Position numbers and translations under genes: made by a program | NCBI RefSeq assembly: GCF_001194135.2 | Contig: NC_068982.1 | Location: 172,858,023-172,895,842 of the forward strand | DNA from: Octopus bimaculoides | Taxonomy: Eukaryota | Direction of reading: 5' to 3' | Length of the DNA stretch: 37,820 nucleotides | The notes under the pieces: model-generated | Database searches by the model: none | Told to the model about the DNA's origin: nothing | What the model saw: only the letters and a program-made list of their open reading frames with translations | Part shown: one piece after another, positions 22,681-33,036 of the stretch | How positions within the stretch are numbered: the first letter of the stretch is position 1 | Layout: every line of letters begins with the position of its first letter

Positions 22681-22933
22681 CGGGTGGCACATAAAATACA
22701 CCATTTTGAGCGTGGCCGTTGCCAGTACCGCCTGACTGGCATTCGTGCCAGTGGCACATAAATGCACCCACTACATTCTCTGAGTGGTTGGCGTTAGGAA
22801 GGGCATCCAGCTGTAGAAACTCTGCCAAATCAGACTGGAGCCTGGTGTAGCCATCTGGGTTCACCAGTACCCAGTCAAATCGTCCAACCCATGCTAGCAT
22901 GGAAAGCGGACGTTAAACGATGATGATGATGAT
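22681..22933 (+). mobile_element. Family B retroposon, 5'-truncated
   Basis: GTGGTTGGCGTTAGGAAGGGCATCCAGCTGTAG core, ending GGACGTTAAAC(GAT)n. Confidence 0.9.
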
Positions 22934-23079
22934 AAGATTTGAGTTCAATTTTACTGCAAGTGTATCGTGGTATATTTAAGCAGAATACACTTCAAACATT
23001 TCTTCAGATCACCTCCCTGTTTCAATATCGGGGTACCAAGTTAGGTATCAAAGGTGAAAAATAGCTTTTTATCATTCAT

Positions 23080-23221
23080 CTACTCTAATCCCACCAAAAT
23101 CAACTTGACCTTTCAATCTTTCAGTGTTTGATAAAGTATAAGTACAAGCATGGATGTAAACAACTTGCCCCTTCCCTTCAAATTTGCTGACCTTCTGCCA
23201 AGATGAGAACGAATTATTATT
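23080..23221 (+). mobile_element. Family C SINE remnant (array unit 1)
   Basis: CAACTTGACCTTTCAATCTTTCAG...GATGTAAACAAC...AAATTTGCTGACCTT, ATT tail. Confidence 0.5.
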
Positions 23222-23470
23222 AGGGCAGTGAGCCAGCAGAATCATTTGAATGTAAAGATAGATAAAATGCACCCCTGAGCATTATGTCTGGTGTGCTGAG
23301 TTCAAATCCTGCCATGATTGACTTTGTTTTTCATCCTTTTGGGGTTTGATGTTATATAAGTGCCACTTGAGTCCTGGGGTTAATGTAATCAACTGCCCCC
23401 CCCTCCCACAAGATTTTAGGCCTTGTGCGAATAGCAAAAAAAGGATTTTGATGATAATTATTATTATTAT
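23222..23470 (+). mobile_element. Family C SINE (array unit 2)
   Basis: Head AGGGCAGTGAGCCAGCAGAATC, GAGTTCAAATCC, core and (ATT)n tail. Confidence 0.8.
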
Positions 23471-23627
23471 TGCTTAGTGGCATTGCCTCTTCCAACAACG
23501 TCGACTTTGCCTTTCATCTTTTCATGATGAATAAAATAGATACCAGTCAACCGCTGGGATCAATGTAATCAACTCCTCTAAAATTGCAGGCCTTATGTGA
23601 AAATGTGAAAGAATTATTATTATTATT
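23471..23627 (+). mobile_element. Family C SINE, 5'-truncated (array unit 3)
   Basis: GTCGACTTTGCCTTTCATC...ATAAAATAGATACCAG...(ATT)n. Confidence 0.8.
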
Positions 23628-23640
23628 AATCTTTATCATG

Positions 23641-23841
23641 GTAGATAAAATGCTTAGTGTCATTTCATCCATATCTACATTTGCATTCTGGGTTCAAATT
23701 CCACTGAGGTTGACTTTGCCTTTTATCCTTTCAGGCTTGATAAATTAAGTACCAGTGAAACACTGGGGTTGATGTAATCGACTAGTCCCCTCCCACCAAA
23801 TTTCAGGCCTTGTGTCTACAGTAGAAAGGATTATTATTATT
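23641..23841 (+). mobile_element. Family C SINE (array unit 4)
   Basis: AAAATGCTTAG...GGTTCAAATTCC...AAGTACCAG...(ATT)n. Confidence 0.88.
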
Positions 23842-24002
23842 AAAGCGGCTAACAGGCAGAATTGTTAGAACGCCAGGCAAGATGCTTAGCTGCATTTCGT
23901 CTGTCTTCAGACAATATACCTTGTTTATTTATTCCTGCTCCTTACTTTGAGAGCTCAAATCCTACTTAGGTCCACTTTGCCTTACGTCCTTCTTTTAGGG
24001 TC
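23842..24002 (+). mobile_element. Family C SINE 5' half with internal insertion (array unit 5)
   Basis: AAAGCGGCTAACAGGCAGAATTGTTAG...GAGCTCAAATCC...ACTTTGCC. Confidence 0.75.
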
Positions 24003-24149
24003 AGCGTTCATCTCACCTTCCAATTTTCCAAACTCACTCCTTTTGTTTAATTATAGTATCGTCTCCGCTGGGATTTGAACTGAGTGCAGTGAGGTCTCGA
24101 ACCTGATTGAAGAGGAAGATAGCATAATGAATTCATGTGTCAGCAAATG

Positions 24150-24830
24150 AAACGAAATGGTGATGCTGACGCTGTTACTGCCGCTAGTACCATCACCACT
24201 TACTATATTTTTACTATATGACTACTTCTGCTGCTATTTTACAACTATTACCTACATGTATTATCACCACCTCCACTACTACTAGTGCCACTGTCATCAC
24301 TACACTATCTCGTTAACCGGAGTCTACAACTCTCGCACTATGTACGTAACCGACTTCGTTGGCATAGTCACCATCACTTCCACCACTGTCACACGCCGCA
24401 CTCATGCTGCATCTACTGCTACCACTACAACTCTCACTCCTGTACTGCATCTACTGCCACCACTACCCCAGTCATCACCCACTAACGAAATGTGATGAAT
24501 GAGCTCCAACAACCGTCTTGTATATATTATGTACAAATCACTTTACTACTACTGTGTACAACAGCAAACTCGTGTGCACATTTTTCTGTGAAGTGACACA
24601 TGTCTGAAGCCAGACATGTGCATCCAGTAATTTCTTTCGCTGCTGTTGCATGCCTGCACTGACTGCTATATGCACATGCATTGCTGCGAGTGGTGAGTGA
24701 TGACGATGATGTCACAATAGTGGTGATGTTTAATAGGTTTAGTTTTTAGTAGTAGTTTTAGTGGTGAGATGGTGGTGTTGGTCGTGGCGAGGGATGATTG
24801 TCATAGTAGTTAGTGGTGGTGTAAAGGGTT
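24150..24830. repeat. ACT/ACC-rich mosaic, TGCA-rich spacer, then GTG/GAT-rich mosaic
   Basis: Direct observation. Confidence 0.75.
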
Positions 24831-24970
24831 AGAGGGGTGAGAGGAGAAACTTGAATGGATTTCTCAGGTGTATTTGGAAACTATCAAAAATGCTAAACGG
24901 CATCACTGCTATTAAGAGTGAGAGATTATCTAGTTGGAGATAATTTAATTAACACCTAAACTTCAATTAA

Positions 24971-25203
24971 AATATTGGTTTCGAATTTTGGCACAAGGCC
25001 ATCAACTTCGGAAAAGGGGTAAGTCAATTACCTCTCAAATACCAATTGACCCCAGTGCTTAACTGGTACTTATTTTATTGACACTGAAAGGATGGAAGGC
25101 AAAGTCAACCTCAGCCGAATCTGAACTCGGAATGTAAGGTCGAATGAAATGCCTCTAAGCTTTTTGTCCGGCATGCTAATGATTCTGCCAGCTCGCCACC
25201 TTA
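24971..25203 (-). mobile_element. Family C SINE, full length
   Basis: GGTTTCGAATTTTGGCACAAGGCC...CTGGTACTTATTTTATTG...GATTCTGCCAGCTCGCCACCTT. Confidence 0.9.
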
Positions 25204-25473
25204 ACTTCATATTATTTGATGTGCTTTAAAGGGCCTCAGCTCTCTGTGGGGGTAGGGTGCATGTCTACATAGGGGTACCATTTCTCATCGGTATCCATTC
25301 CCAACTAATAGGTGATTTTGCTGTCTTTCTAACATAATAAATCCAAGAACACATATTTTTTGAGGAGAAACTGTTTCGATTATTAGATACGACTCTTAAA
25401 AAGTAAAGTTGGCTCTAATGGGCTTCAATAACCATCACTCTTGTAACTAAATATAGCAAAACATTGGTTTATT

Positions 25474-25686
25474 GATGATGATGGTGTTAAGTTAAACATA
25501 GGCACAGGGTTAAAAATTTGAAGAGGGATCATACCTATTCCGTTTGTAGATTAGTACTTTATTTTATCAGACCTAGGAGGAGTATGAGAGGAAAAGTTGA
25601 CCATAGTAGGATTTGAACTCTGAACATGAAAGCTGGAACAAAATCAAAAGGCATGTTGTCTAATACTCTAATAATTCACCGTCCTT
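25474..25686 (-). mobile_element. Family C SINE, degenerate
   Basis: AGTACTTTATTTTATC...GGATTTGAACTC. Confidence 0.65.
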
Positions 25687-25699
25687 ATAAAATGATAGT

Positions 25700-25943
25700 C
25701 ATAATCATACTAATAGTGATTCTTTTTTACTATAGGCACAAAGCTAGAAATTTTGTGGGTAGGGAGTAGTCAATTACATCAACCCCCCCCCCCACACACA
25801 CACACACTTAACTGTCATTTGTTTCATCGACCCTGAAAGGGTGAAAGTCAAAGTTGACCTCGGCAGAATTTGAACTCAAAACATAAAGACAAATTAAATG
25901 CCACTAAGCATTTTTCCTAGTGTGCTAGTGATTCTGCCACCTC
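25700..25943 (-). mobile_element. Family C SINE with internal poly-C/(CA)n expansion
   Basis: TCTTTTTTACTATAGGCACAA...GACCCTGAAAGG...GAATTTGAACTC...GATTCTGCCAC. Confidence 0.85.
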
Positions 25944-25976
25944 AATGCTTTTATAATAATAATAATAATAATAATA

Positions 25977-26437
25977 NNNNNNNNNNNNNNNNNNNNNNNN
26001 NNNNNNNNNNNNNNNNNNNNNNNNNNNNNNNNNNNNNNNNNNNNNNNNNNNNNNNNNNNNNNNNNNNNNNNNNNNNNNNNNNNNNNNNNNNNNNNNNNNN
26101 NNNNNNNNNNNNNNNNNNNNNNNNNNNNNNNNNNNNNNNNNNNNNNNNNNNNNNNNNNNNNNNNNNNNNNNNNNNNNNNNNNNNNNNNNNNNNNNNNNNN
26201 NNNNNNNNNNNNNNNNNNNNNNNNNNNNNNNNNNNNNNNNNNNNNNNNNNNNNNNNNNNNNNNNNNNNNNNNNNNNNNNNNNNNNNNNNNNNNNNNNNNN
26301 NNNNNNNNNNNNNNNNNNNNNNNNNNNNNNNNNNNNNNNNNNNNNNNNNNNNNNNNNNNNNNNNNNNNNNNNNNNNNNNNNNNNNNNNNNNNNNNNNNNN
26401 NNNNNNNNNNNNNNNNNNNNNNNNNNNNNNNNNNNNG
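25977..26437. other. Assembly gap
   Basis: Run of N. Confidence 1.
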
Positions 26438-26610
26438 GGTTAAGTCAGATACATCGCCCCGTGTTCAACTGGTTTTTATTTTGTCAACCCCAAAAGGATG
26501 AGAGGCAGTCGATCCACTCTGGCAGCATTTGAACTTAGAACATAAAGTTGAAAGAAATGCCTCTAAGCATTTTTCCTGGCGCAGCCACAATTCTGCCAGT
26601 TTGCCACCTT
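26438..26610 (-). mobile_element. Family C SINE (tail lies in the gap)
   Basis: CAACTGGTTTTTATTTTGTCAACCCC...TTCTGCCAGTTTGCCACCTT. Confidence 0.85.
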
Positions 26611-26616
26611 CACTTC

Positions 26617-26833
26617 ATCATCATCATCATAATAATAATAATCCTTTCTACTGGAAGGACAACGCCTCAAATTTGGGGGAAGGGATTTAGTCGAGTACCT
26701 ATTTAATCGACCCCCAAAAGGATGAAAGGCAAAGTCAACCTTGGCGGAATTTGAACTCAGAACGTAGCATTAGACAAAATACCGCTAAGCATTTTGCCCA
26801 GCGTGCTAATGATTCTGCTAGCTTGTTGTCTTC
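26617..26833 (-). mobile_element. Family C SINE
   Basis: (CAT)n(AAT)n tail, GGATGAAAGGCAAAGTCAACC, GAATTTGAACTCAGAACG. Confidence 0.9.
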
Positions 26834-26840
26834 ACTTCGT

Positions 26841-27033
26841 CATCATCATAATAATAATAATGGTTTCAAATTTCGGCACAAGGCCAGCAATTTCCGGGCG
26901 GGAGCAAGTTGATTACATCAGCCCCAGTTTTCAACCCTGAAAGCAAGGTCAACTTTGGTGGAATTTGAACTCAGAAAAATGTCAGATGAAATGCAGCCAA
27001 GCACTCTGCCTGGCATGTTAACGATTCTGACAG
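26841..27033 (-). mobile_element. Family C SINE with internal deletion
   Basis: GGTTTCAAATTTCGGCACAAGGCC...GAATTTGAACTCAG...ACGATTCTGAC. Confidence 0.88.
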
Positions 27034-27344
27034 AAAATGTTGATAATAGAGGGTTCTGGTCCTGTTACATATTGTACCATGTACCCCACCCACCCCAGTT
27101 CTTGTTAGGGGGTTAGAACTGTTGTATCAATACAGAAGTTGGTGGTAAGCAGACATAATAAAGCTCACCATATGAGGGGGCTTATTAGTTGAGTAACACT
27201 TATCTATTTCTTATAGCACAACAAACAGCTTATTAAAATTATCAGTAAAATGAATCTTTTAACCATTCATATTATCTATATGTGCCAGTAGATGAAAACC
27301 CAGTCACTAAAGGAATAACACTAGACCCAACTGATAGGTATTAT

Positions 27345-27560
27345 GTTTATTTCTTTATTGCCCACAGGGGGCCCGAACACAGAGGAGACAAACAAGGACA
27401 GACAAAGAGATTAAGGTGATTACATCAACACCAGGGTGTAACTGGTACTTGACCCTGAAAGGATGAAAGGCAAAGTCGACCTTGGCGGAATTTGATCTCA
27501 GAATGTAATACCACCAGGCATTTCGTCCGGTGTGCTAATGCTTTGCCAGCTAGCCACCCT
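27345..27560 (-). mobile_element. Family C SINE variant with a different 3' end
   Basis: C-type head and core, but 3' region TTTATTTCTTTATTGCCCACAGGGGG...GACAAACAAGGACAGACAAAG. Confidence 0.85.
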
Positions 27561-27764
27561 GAGATATTATGTTATCACATCAGACACACACACACACAAA
27601 TTCATTACAAAAGGCATCAACACACACTCACTAAATGTAATGTAATGCACACCCGCTTGCAGAAATTTGCCATGCAGTGCAGACACACATACACGTGCAT
27701 GTGTGTGCATGGCATTTAAACTACAGATGCATTGTATGTCTTTTTAGCTGCACATGCGTGCGTG

Positions 27765-27798
<34 letters not shown>

Positions 27799-27924
27799 GC
27801 GAACTCTGCACCTACAATCAGACTACACTTTGGTTATCATCATCATCATCATCATCATCATCAGTATAGGAAACAACCTTTTTGATTAGATGATGATTGG
27901 GCTGTAACACAGTTGCGGTCAGTG

Positions 27925-28100
27925 GTGGTGTTTAGCCACAGGTCAGTCTTGGTTGAACCATCTTATGATGAAAGGCATTCCAGTCGTGACTATCCCACTT
28001 TTTTTGTTTTTTTCCAAAGATGTTGCTGTGTGGTATGTCAGAGATTTTGTTGCTATTTATAGCAGGTCAAACGGCCACATAGAAGCTTCCTTGTTGGTTT
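27925..28100 (+). mobile_element. Family D repeat
   Basis: GTTTAGCCACAGGTCAGTC...ATGAAAGGCATTCCAGTCGTGAC...TTGCTATTTATAGCAGGTCAAACGGCCACATAGAAGC. Confidence 0.65.
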
Positions 28101-28169
28101 TTTTTTTCCCCTTCCTTATTGTTTGATGGCATTGTTGGCAGTGGCCTTCTACAGCAGTAAGGATGTGAA

Positions 28170-28760
28170 CGTCCTGGTGGTGGTGGTGGTGGTGGTTGAG
28201 GTGGTGATAAATGTGAGACTGCTGTTGAACTGCGCATAGTATAGTTATGGAGGCGATGCTGTTGATAATGTTAATGATGATGCTTGGTAGGTGATGCTCA
28301 GAGAGGGAGTTTTATATCAGGGATACTTTTTAGCATGTGGATGGGTTGCTATGTGGCATTGGTGGCAATAGGTAATAAATGATATTGATGATGGTGGTGG
28401 TGGTGGTGGTGGTGGTGATAATTGTGCTGCCTGTTAAAGTTATAATGGTTTTGATGGATGGCCATCAGTGGTGAGGTTTGCGGGGGGGGAGAAGGGAGGA
28501 GGAGGGGGGAAGACTTGGACTCTCCTCCCCCTCCTGTTCATTCATAATAGTGATAGGTGTGTGTTATGAATGACTTACAGTGCTATTTCTAGGGATGTGA
28601 TGATGATGATGATGATGAAGCTCATCAAAATGAAAACAATTGTGGTGGTGGTGGTGGTGGTGGTGGTCCTAATGGGAGTGGTGATGATAAGGGCAGCAAT
28701 AAAGACAATGATTCTGCTGCTAATGATGATGATGCAGATGAGTATCCTTCCTTAATTTGT
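28170..28760. repeat. GGT/GAT trinucleotide mosaic
   Basis: Direct observation. Confidence 0.85.
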
Positions 28761-29399
28761 TCAACAGTGAAACAATTGTTATTCTTAGGCTAAACCTCAA
28801 CCACTTATCTTCTCTCTTCCTTTCATCACACTTTGCGGCCATCGTTTTATTACATCATGCCTGACTTTTTCTTTTTCCAAATTTCTCAGAAACTTTTTTT
28901 CTCACTCTCTCACACACACACACACACTTCCCCTTTTTTTCTTTCTCCTTTCTCTTATCTTTCATCCTCATCTATCTTTTCCCTTCTATCTTTCCTCTTC
29001 ATCTATCATAATCTATCTTCCCTTTTCATCTCTTTCTTTCCCTATCGCCTCCCACTCATACATTTCCCACTCCCACCTTCACAAGCCTGATGTTTCTTTC
29101 TTGTCTCCTCTATTTCTTGTGTTGTTTTATTTTTCCATGTTTCAATATTTTTGTTCAATACCTTCTTCTTGTTGTCATTATTGCTGAAGTTAAACCCAGT
29201 AGTAGTCCTCCTTCTGCCCACCCCCTCTTTCCTCCCTCCACCTACTAGAATATATTGTAGGCAATAAAGCTATTGTTATTGTTGTTCCTCATTTACAGTG
29301 TGACAAAGACAAAAATATTGAACTCCGGCTTCATGGAGTGTATGCCTCCGTTTCCACACACAAGCACACACTCGTGTGTGTGTGTGTATGTATATGCTT

Positions 29400-29446
<47 letters not shown>

Positions 29447-29450
<4 letters not shown>

Positions 29451-29827
29451 ATTTGTTTCAGTCATTTGACTGTGGCCATGCTGGAGCACCGCCTTTTAGT
29501 CGAACAAATTGACCCCAGGACTTATTCTTTGTAAGCCTAGTACTTATTCAACCGGTCTCTTTTGTCAAACCACTAAGTTACGGGGACAAACACACCAACA
29601 TCGGTTGTCAAGCAATGGTGGGTGGGCAAACACAGGTACACACACACACACACACATATATATATGGCAGGCTTCTTTCAGTTTCCGTCTACCAAATCCA
29701 CTCAAAAGGCTTTGATCGGCCCGAGTCTATAGCAGAAGACACTTGCCCAAGGTGCCACACGGTGGGACTGAACCCAGGACCATGTGGTTAGTAAGCAAGC
29801 TACTTAGCATACAGCCACTCTTGTGCC

Positions 29828-29828
<1 letters not shown>
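29447..29828 (-). mobile_element. Family A SINE, full length, inserted in a (TA)n tract
   Basis: TTGTTTCAGTCATTTGACTG through ACAGCCACTCTTGTGCCT, with (TA)n on both sides. Confidence 0.92.
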
Positions 29829-29858
<30 letters not shown>

Positions 29859-29919
29859 CAGAGAGAAATAGAATTAGTGTGCATGTGTAGGAGTAAGAGA
29901 GGGAAAGGTAGACACTAAT

Positions 29920-29956
<37 letters not shown>

Positions 29957-30180
29957 CACATACAGCCATATACGCACACACACATATACTTATATTTATA
30001 TGTAGATAAATACTTGTACATTAGTCTGACTTCGAAGTTACTCTCAATGCTTTTGATATTCTATTGAAATGTATTGAGCGATACTTCAATTAACATTTGA
30101 CTTTTAGCGTGTAACTCTACACAGAAATAAATGCGTGTGTGTGTGTGTATAGTGTGTACGCATACTTTTATGTAAGGTGC

Positions 30181-30217
<37 letters not shown>

Positions 30218-30361
30218 NNNNNNNNNNNNNNNNNNNNNNNNNNNNNNNNNNNNNNNNNNNNNNNNNNNNNNNNNNNNNNNNNNNNNNNNNNNNNNNNNNN
30301 NNNNNNNNNNNNNNNNNNNNNNNNNNNNNNNNNNNNNNNNNNNNNNNNNNNNNNNNNNNNN
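30218..30361. other. Assembly gap
   Basis: Run of N. Confidence 1.
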
Positions 30362-30463
30362 CAATCATTATCAGCAACACCCCGCCTATACCTATCTACT
30401 AGCTCTCCCTCTCTCTCTCTATCTCTCCTCACACACACACACACTCGCGCACACACACACACT

Positions 30464-30501
<38 letters not shown>

Positions 30502-31090
30502 ATCATTTGCACATTGTACATCAAAATGTCATGGCGCCCTCAAAATTTTTCAGCCTAGCTCAGCTGTCAATATACTTAAATTATGGAACTGCAGTGCTAG
30601 ATTGTTGAGAATGCAGTCTCTTGGTGCAACTGCGTACACATGCATCTCTATTTGCATACATTGCAAATGCACATGGCTGTGTACGCCTGTATAGATCTGT
30701 TGGTGTTGGCGTGCATGTACACATGCACACACTGACAGCAATACACAAGTGTTGTTGTTGTTATTGTTGTTACTATTAATCGTTCTCTGTATTCAGTAGG
30801 TTTCTGTGCAAGAGTTAAGAGTTGTGTATATGACTGTTTGGTAGTTCGGTAATGTATACGGCAGCAAATTTGAATGTATGTGATTCTGTATTAGTGTGTG
30901 TGTGTGTGTTTGTACATAGATTTATGTGTACATACATGCATGCCTTTTTACATACACAAATTTATACAAAGAAATTTACAAGCATGCTCTCTCCTTTTCA
31001 CTTGTCTTTACATGCGTGTGTGTGTGTGTGTACATGTTATAATTATATATACTTAACAAGATAATGGAGTATTCACCCAACCCTTATATA

Positions 31091-31283
31091 AATATTGATT
31101 TCGAATTTTGATACAAGGCCAGCAATTTCAGAGTAGTGCTCAACTGGTACTTATTTCATCAACCCCGAAAGGATGACCGGCAAAGTCGACCTCAATGGAA
31201 TTTGAACTCAGAATGTGAAGACAGACAGAATGCCGCTAAGCATTTTACCCAGCGTGCTAACGATTCTACCACGACATTGCCTT
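31091..31283 (-). mobile_element. Family C SINE
   Basis: TTCGAATTTTGATACAAGGCC...CAAAGTCGACCTC...GTGCTAACGATTCT. Confidence 0.88.
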
Positions 31284-31351
31284 GCTGTGTATAAATATTA
31301 TCATTAACAACAGGAATGTTTATAACGTTTTCCTCTAACATCAAAACGAGT

Positions 31352-31565
31352 GATTTTTCTTTTTCTAAGGTCACAAATTTTGTAGTGGTTGTGGCAGGGA
31401 GATTACTTGGTGGAATTATCTCACAGCACTTCATATATTTTGTATTAACTGGCCGTGCGAGGATGAAAGACAAAAGTTGACTTTAGAGGAATTTGAACTC
31501 ACAACATCAAGAACTGAAAAACAAACACTGTAAAGCAGCTTAACTAACACTCTAATGATTCTTCC
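31352..31565 (-). mobile_element. Family C SINE, degenerate
   Basis: GGATGAAAGACAAAAGTTGAC...GAATTTGAACTC. Confidence 0.6.
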
Positions 31566-31744
31566 AATGTAAATGATAATGATAATTAATAGCGATTTCT
31601 TTTTATTAGACACAGGGGCATAGATGAGGGGTACATCACGAGGACATGAAACAGTTTTTGTCAGTATTTATATAAGTGAGGAAAAATGGAAAGAAAATAA
31701 TAATGATAATAATAATAGTAATAATAACAATAACATAATAATGA

Positions 31745-32010
31745 GTGCTAGCATGGCTATATGGTTAAGAAACTCACTTTGCAACTGTTTAGGTCTGGGT
31801 TCCGTTCCACAGGCAAGTGTTTTTATTATAGCCCTGGTGAATTTGGTAGATGCAAATTTTGTGGAAGCCTGACGTGTGTGTGTTTTGTTTTTGTATCAGT
31901 TTGTTCACCTCCCCCACTGTTTGTCAACTGGTGTTAGTTTGTTTATGTCCCCATAAGTTAGTGGTCAGGCAAAAGTGACTGATAGAGAAAATATCAGACT
32001 TAAAAGAAGA
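31745..32010 (+). mobile_element. Family A-related SINE, old and degenerate
   Basis: GCATGGCTATATGGTTAAG...GGGTTCCGTTCC...GGCAAGTG...GAATTTGGTAGA...(GT)n...TGTCAACTGGTG...GGCAAAAG. Confidence 0.7.
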
Positions 32011-32069
32011 TTAGCCAGAACAAAATGAGTTGGAAGAAATATAACTAGTCATTTTGTCCGATTCTGCTG

Positions 32070-32234
32070 AATAATAATAATTATAATAATAACGATTTCA
32101 AAATTTTGTTGCCACAAGGGTAGCTTGGGGGAGGTGGTTAAGTTGATTGCATCAACACCACTGCATAACTGGTACTTATTTAATCCACCCTGAAAAGATT
32201 GATTAAATAAGTACCAGTTATGCACTGGTACTTA
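32070..32234 (-). mobile_element. Family C SINE 3' half ending in a fold-back inversion
   Basis: C core up to 32200, then the reverse complement of 32162-32185. Confidence 0.85.
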
Positions 32235-32269
32235 TAATAATAATTATAATTACTATTATTATTATAACT

Positions 32270-32512
32270 AGTAGTAGTAGTGGTAATAATCCTTTCTGCT
32301 ATTTGGACAAAATCAGAAATTTTTGGGGTGTGGTGGAGAGTAAGTTGATTAGATTGACCACCCAGTGCTCAACTGGTACTTATTTTATTGACCCTGAAAG
32401 GACAAAGGGCAATGTCAACCTCTCTGGAATTTCAACTCGGAATATAAAGGTCTGGAAGAAATACCGCTAAGCATTTCGTCCAGTGTGGTAACGATTTTCC
32501 AGCTCACTGCCT
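32270..32512 (-). mobile_element. Family C SINE
   Basis: CCCAGTGCTCAACTGGTACTTATTTTATTGACCCTG...GAATTTCAACTCGG...CAGCTCACTGCCT. Confidence 0.88.
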
Positions 32513-32527
32513 ATAATAATAATAATG

Positions 32528-32566
<39 letters not shown>

Positions 32567-32803
32567 GTAATAATAATAATAATTCTTTCTACTAAAAGCA
32601 CAAAACTTGTAATTTTGTGGGCGGTCGGGTGGGGTGGGGGGTCTAGTCAGTTACATCGTCCCTAGTGTTTCACTGGTACTTAATTTATTGACCTTGAAAG
32701 GTTGAAAAGCAAAGTCAACCTCGACAGAATTTGAACTCAGAATCTTATAAGACGGACGAAATACCTTGGTGTGTGTTGTCCGGCCTGCTAACAATTCTGC
32801 CTT
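32513..32803 (-). mobile_element. Family C SINE with a ~70-nt (AAT)n tail
   Basis: (AAT)n 32513-32583, core and head to 32803. Confidence 0.88.
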
Positions 32804-33036
32804 AATAATTGTAATAATAATAATCGTGTCTAGTATAGGCACAGAGCCTGAAATTTGGGAGTGGGGGTAGAGTACATCAATTTCAATATTCAACTAGTAC
32901 TTAATTTATCGACCGCTGAAAGGATAAAAGGTAAGGTCAACCATGGTGGAATTTGAACTCAGAACGTAAATACAGATGGATGAAATGCCATGGAGTGTTT
33001 TGTCCGGCATGCTAACGATTCTGCCAGCTTGCAGCC

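Noticed and set aside
387-29715. Recurring ORFs with similar peptides (HSQGFG..EAIVEDTCPRCHAVGLNPEPCGW; LDALPNANHS..VVGAF)
   Set aside because: These are translations of SINE families A and B, not a protein family
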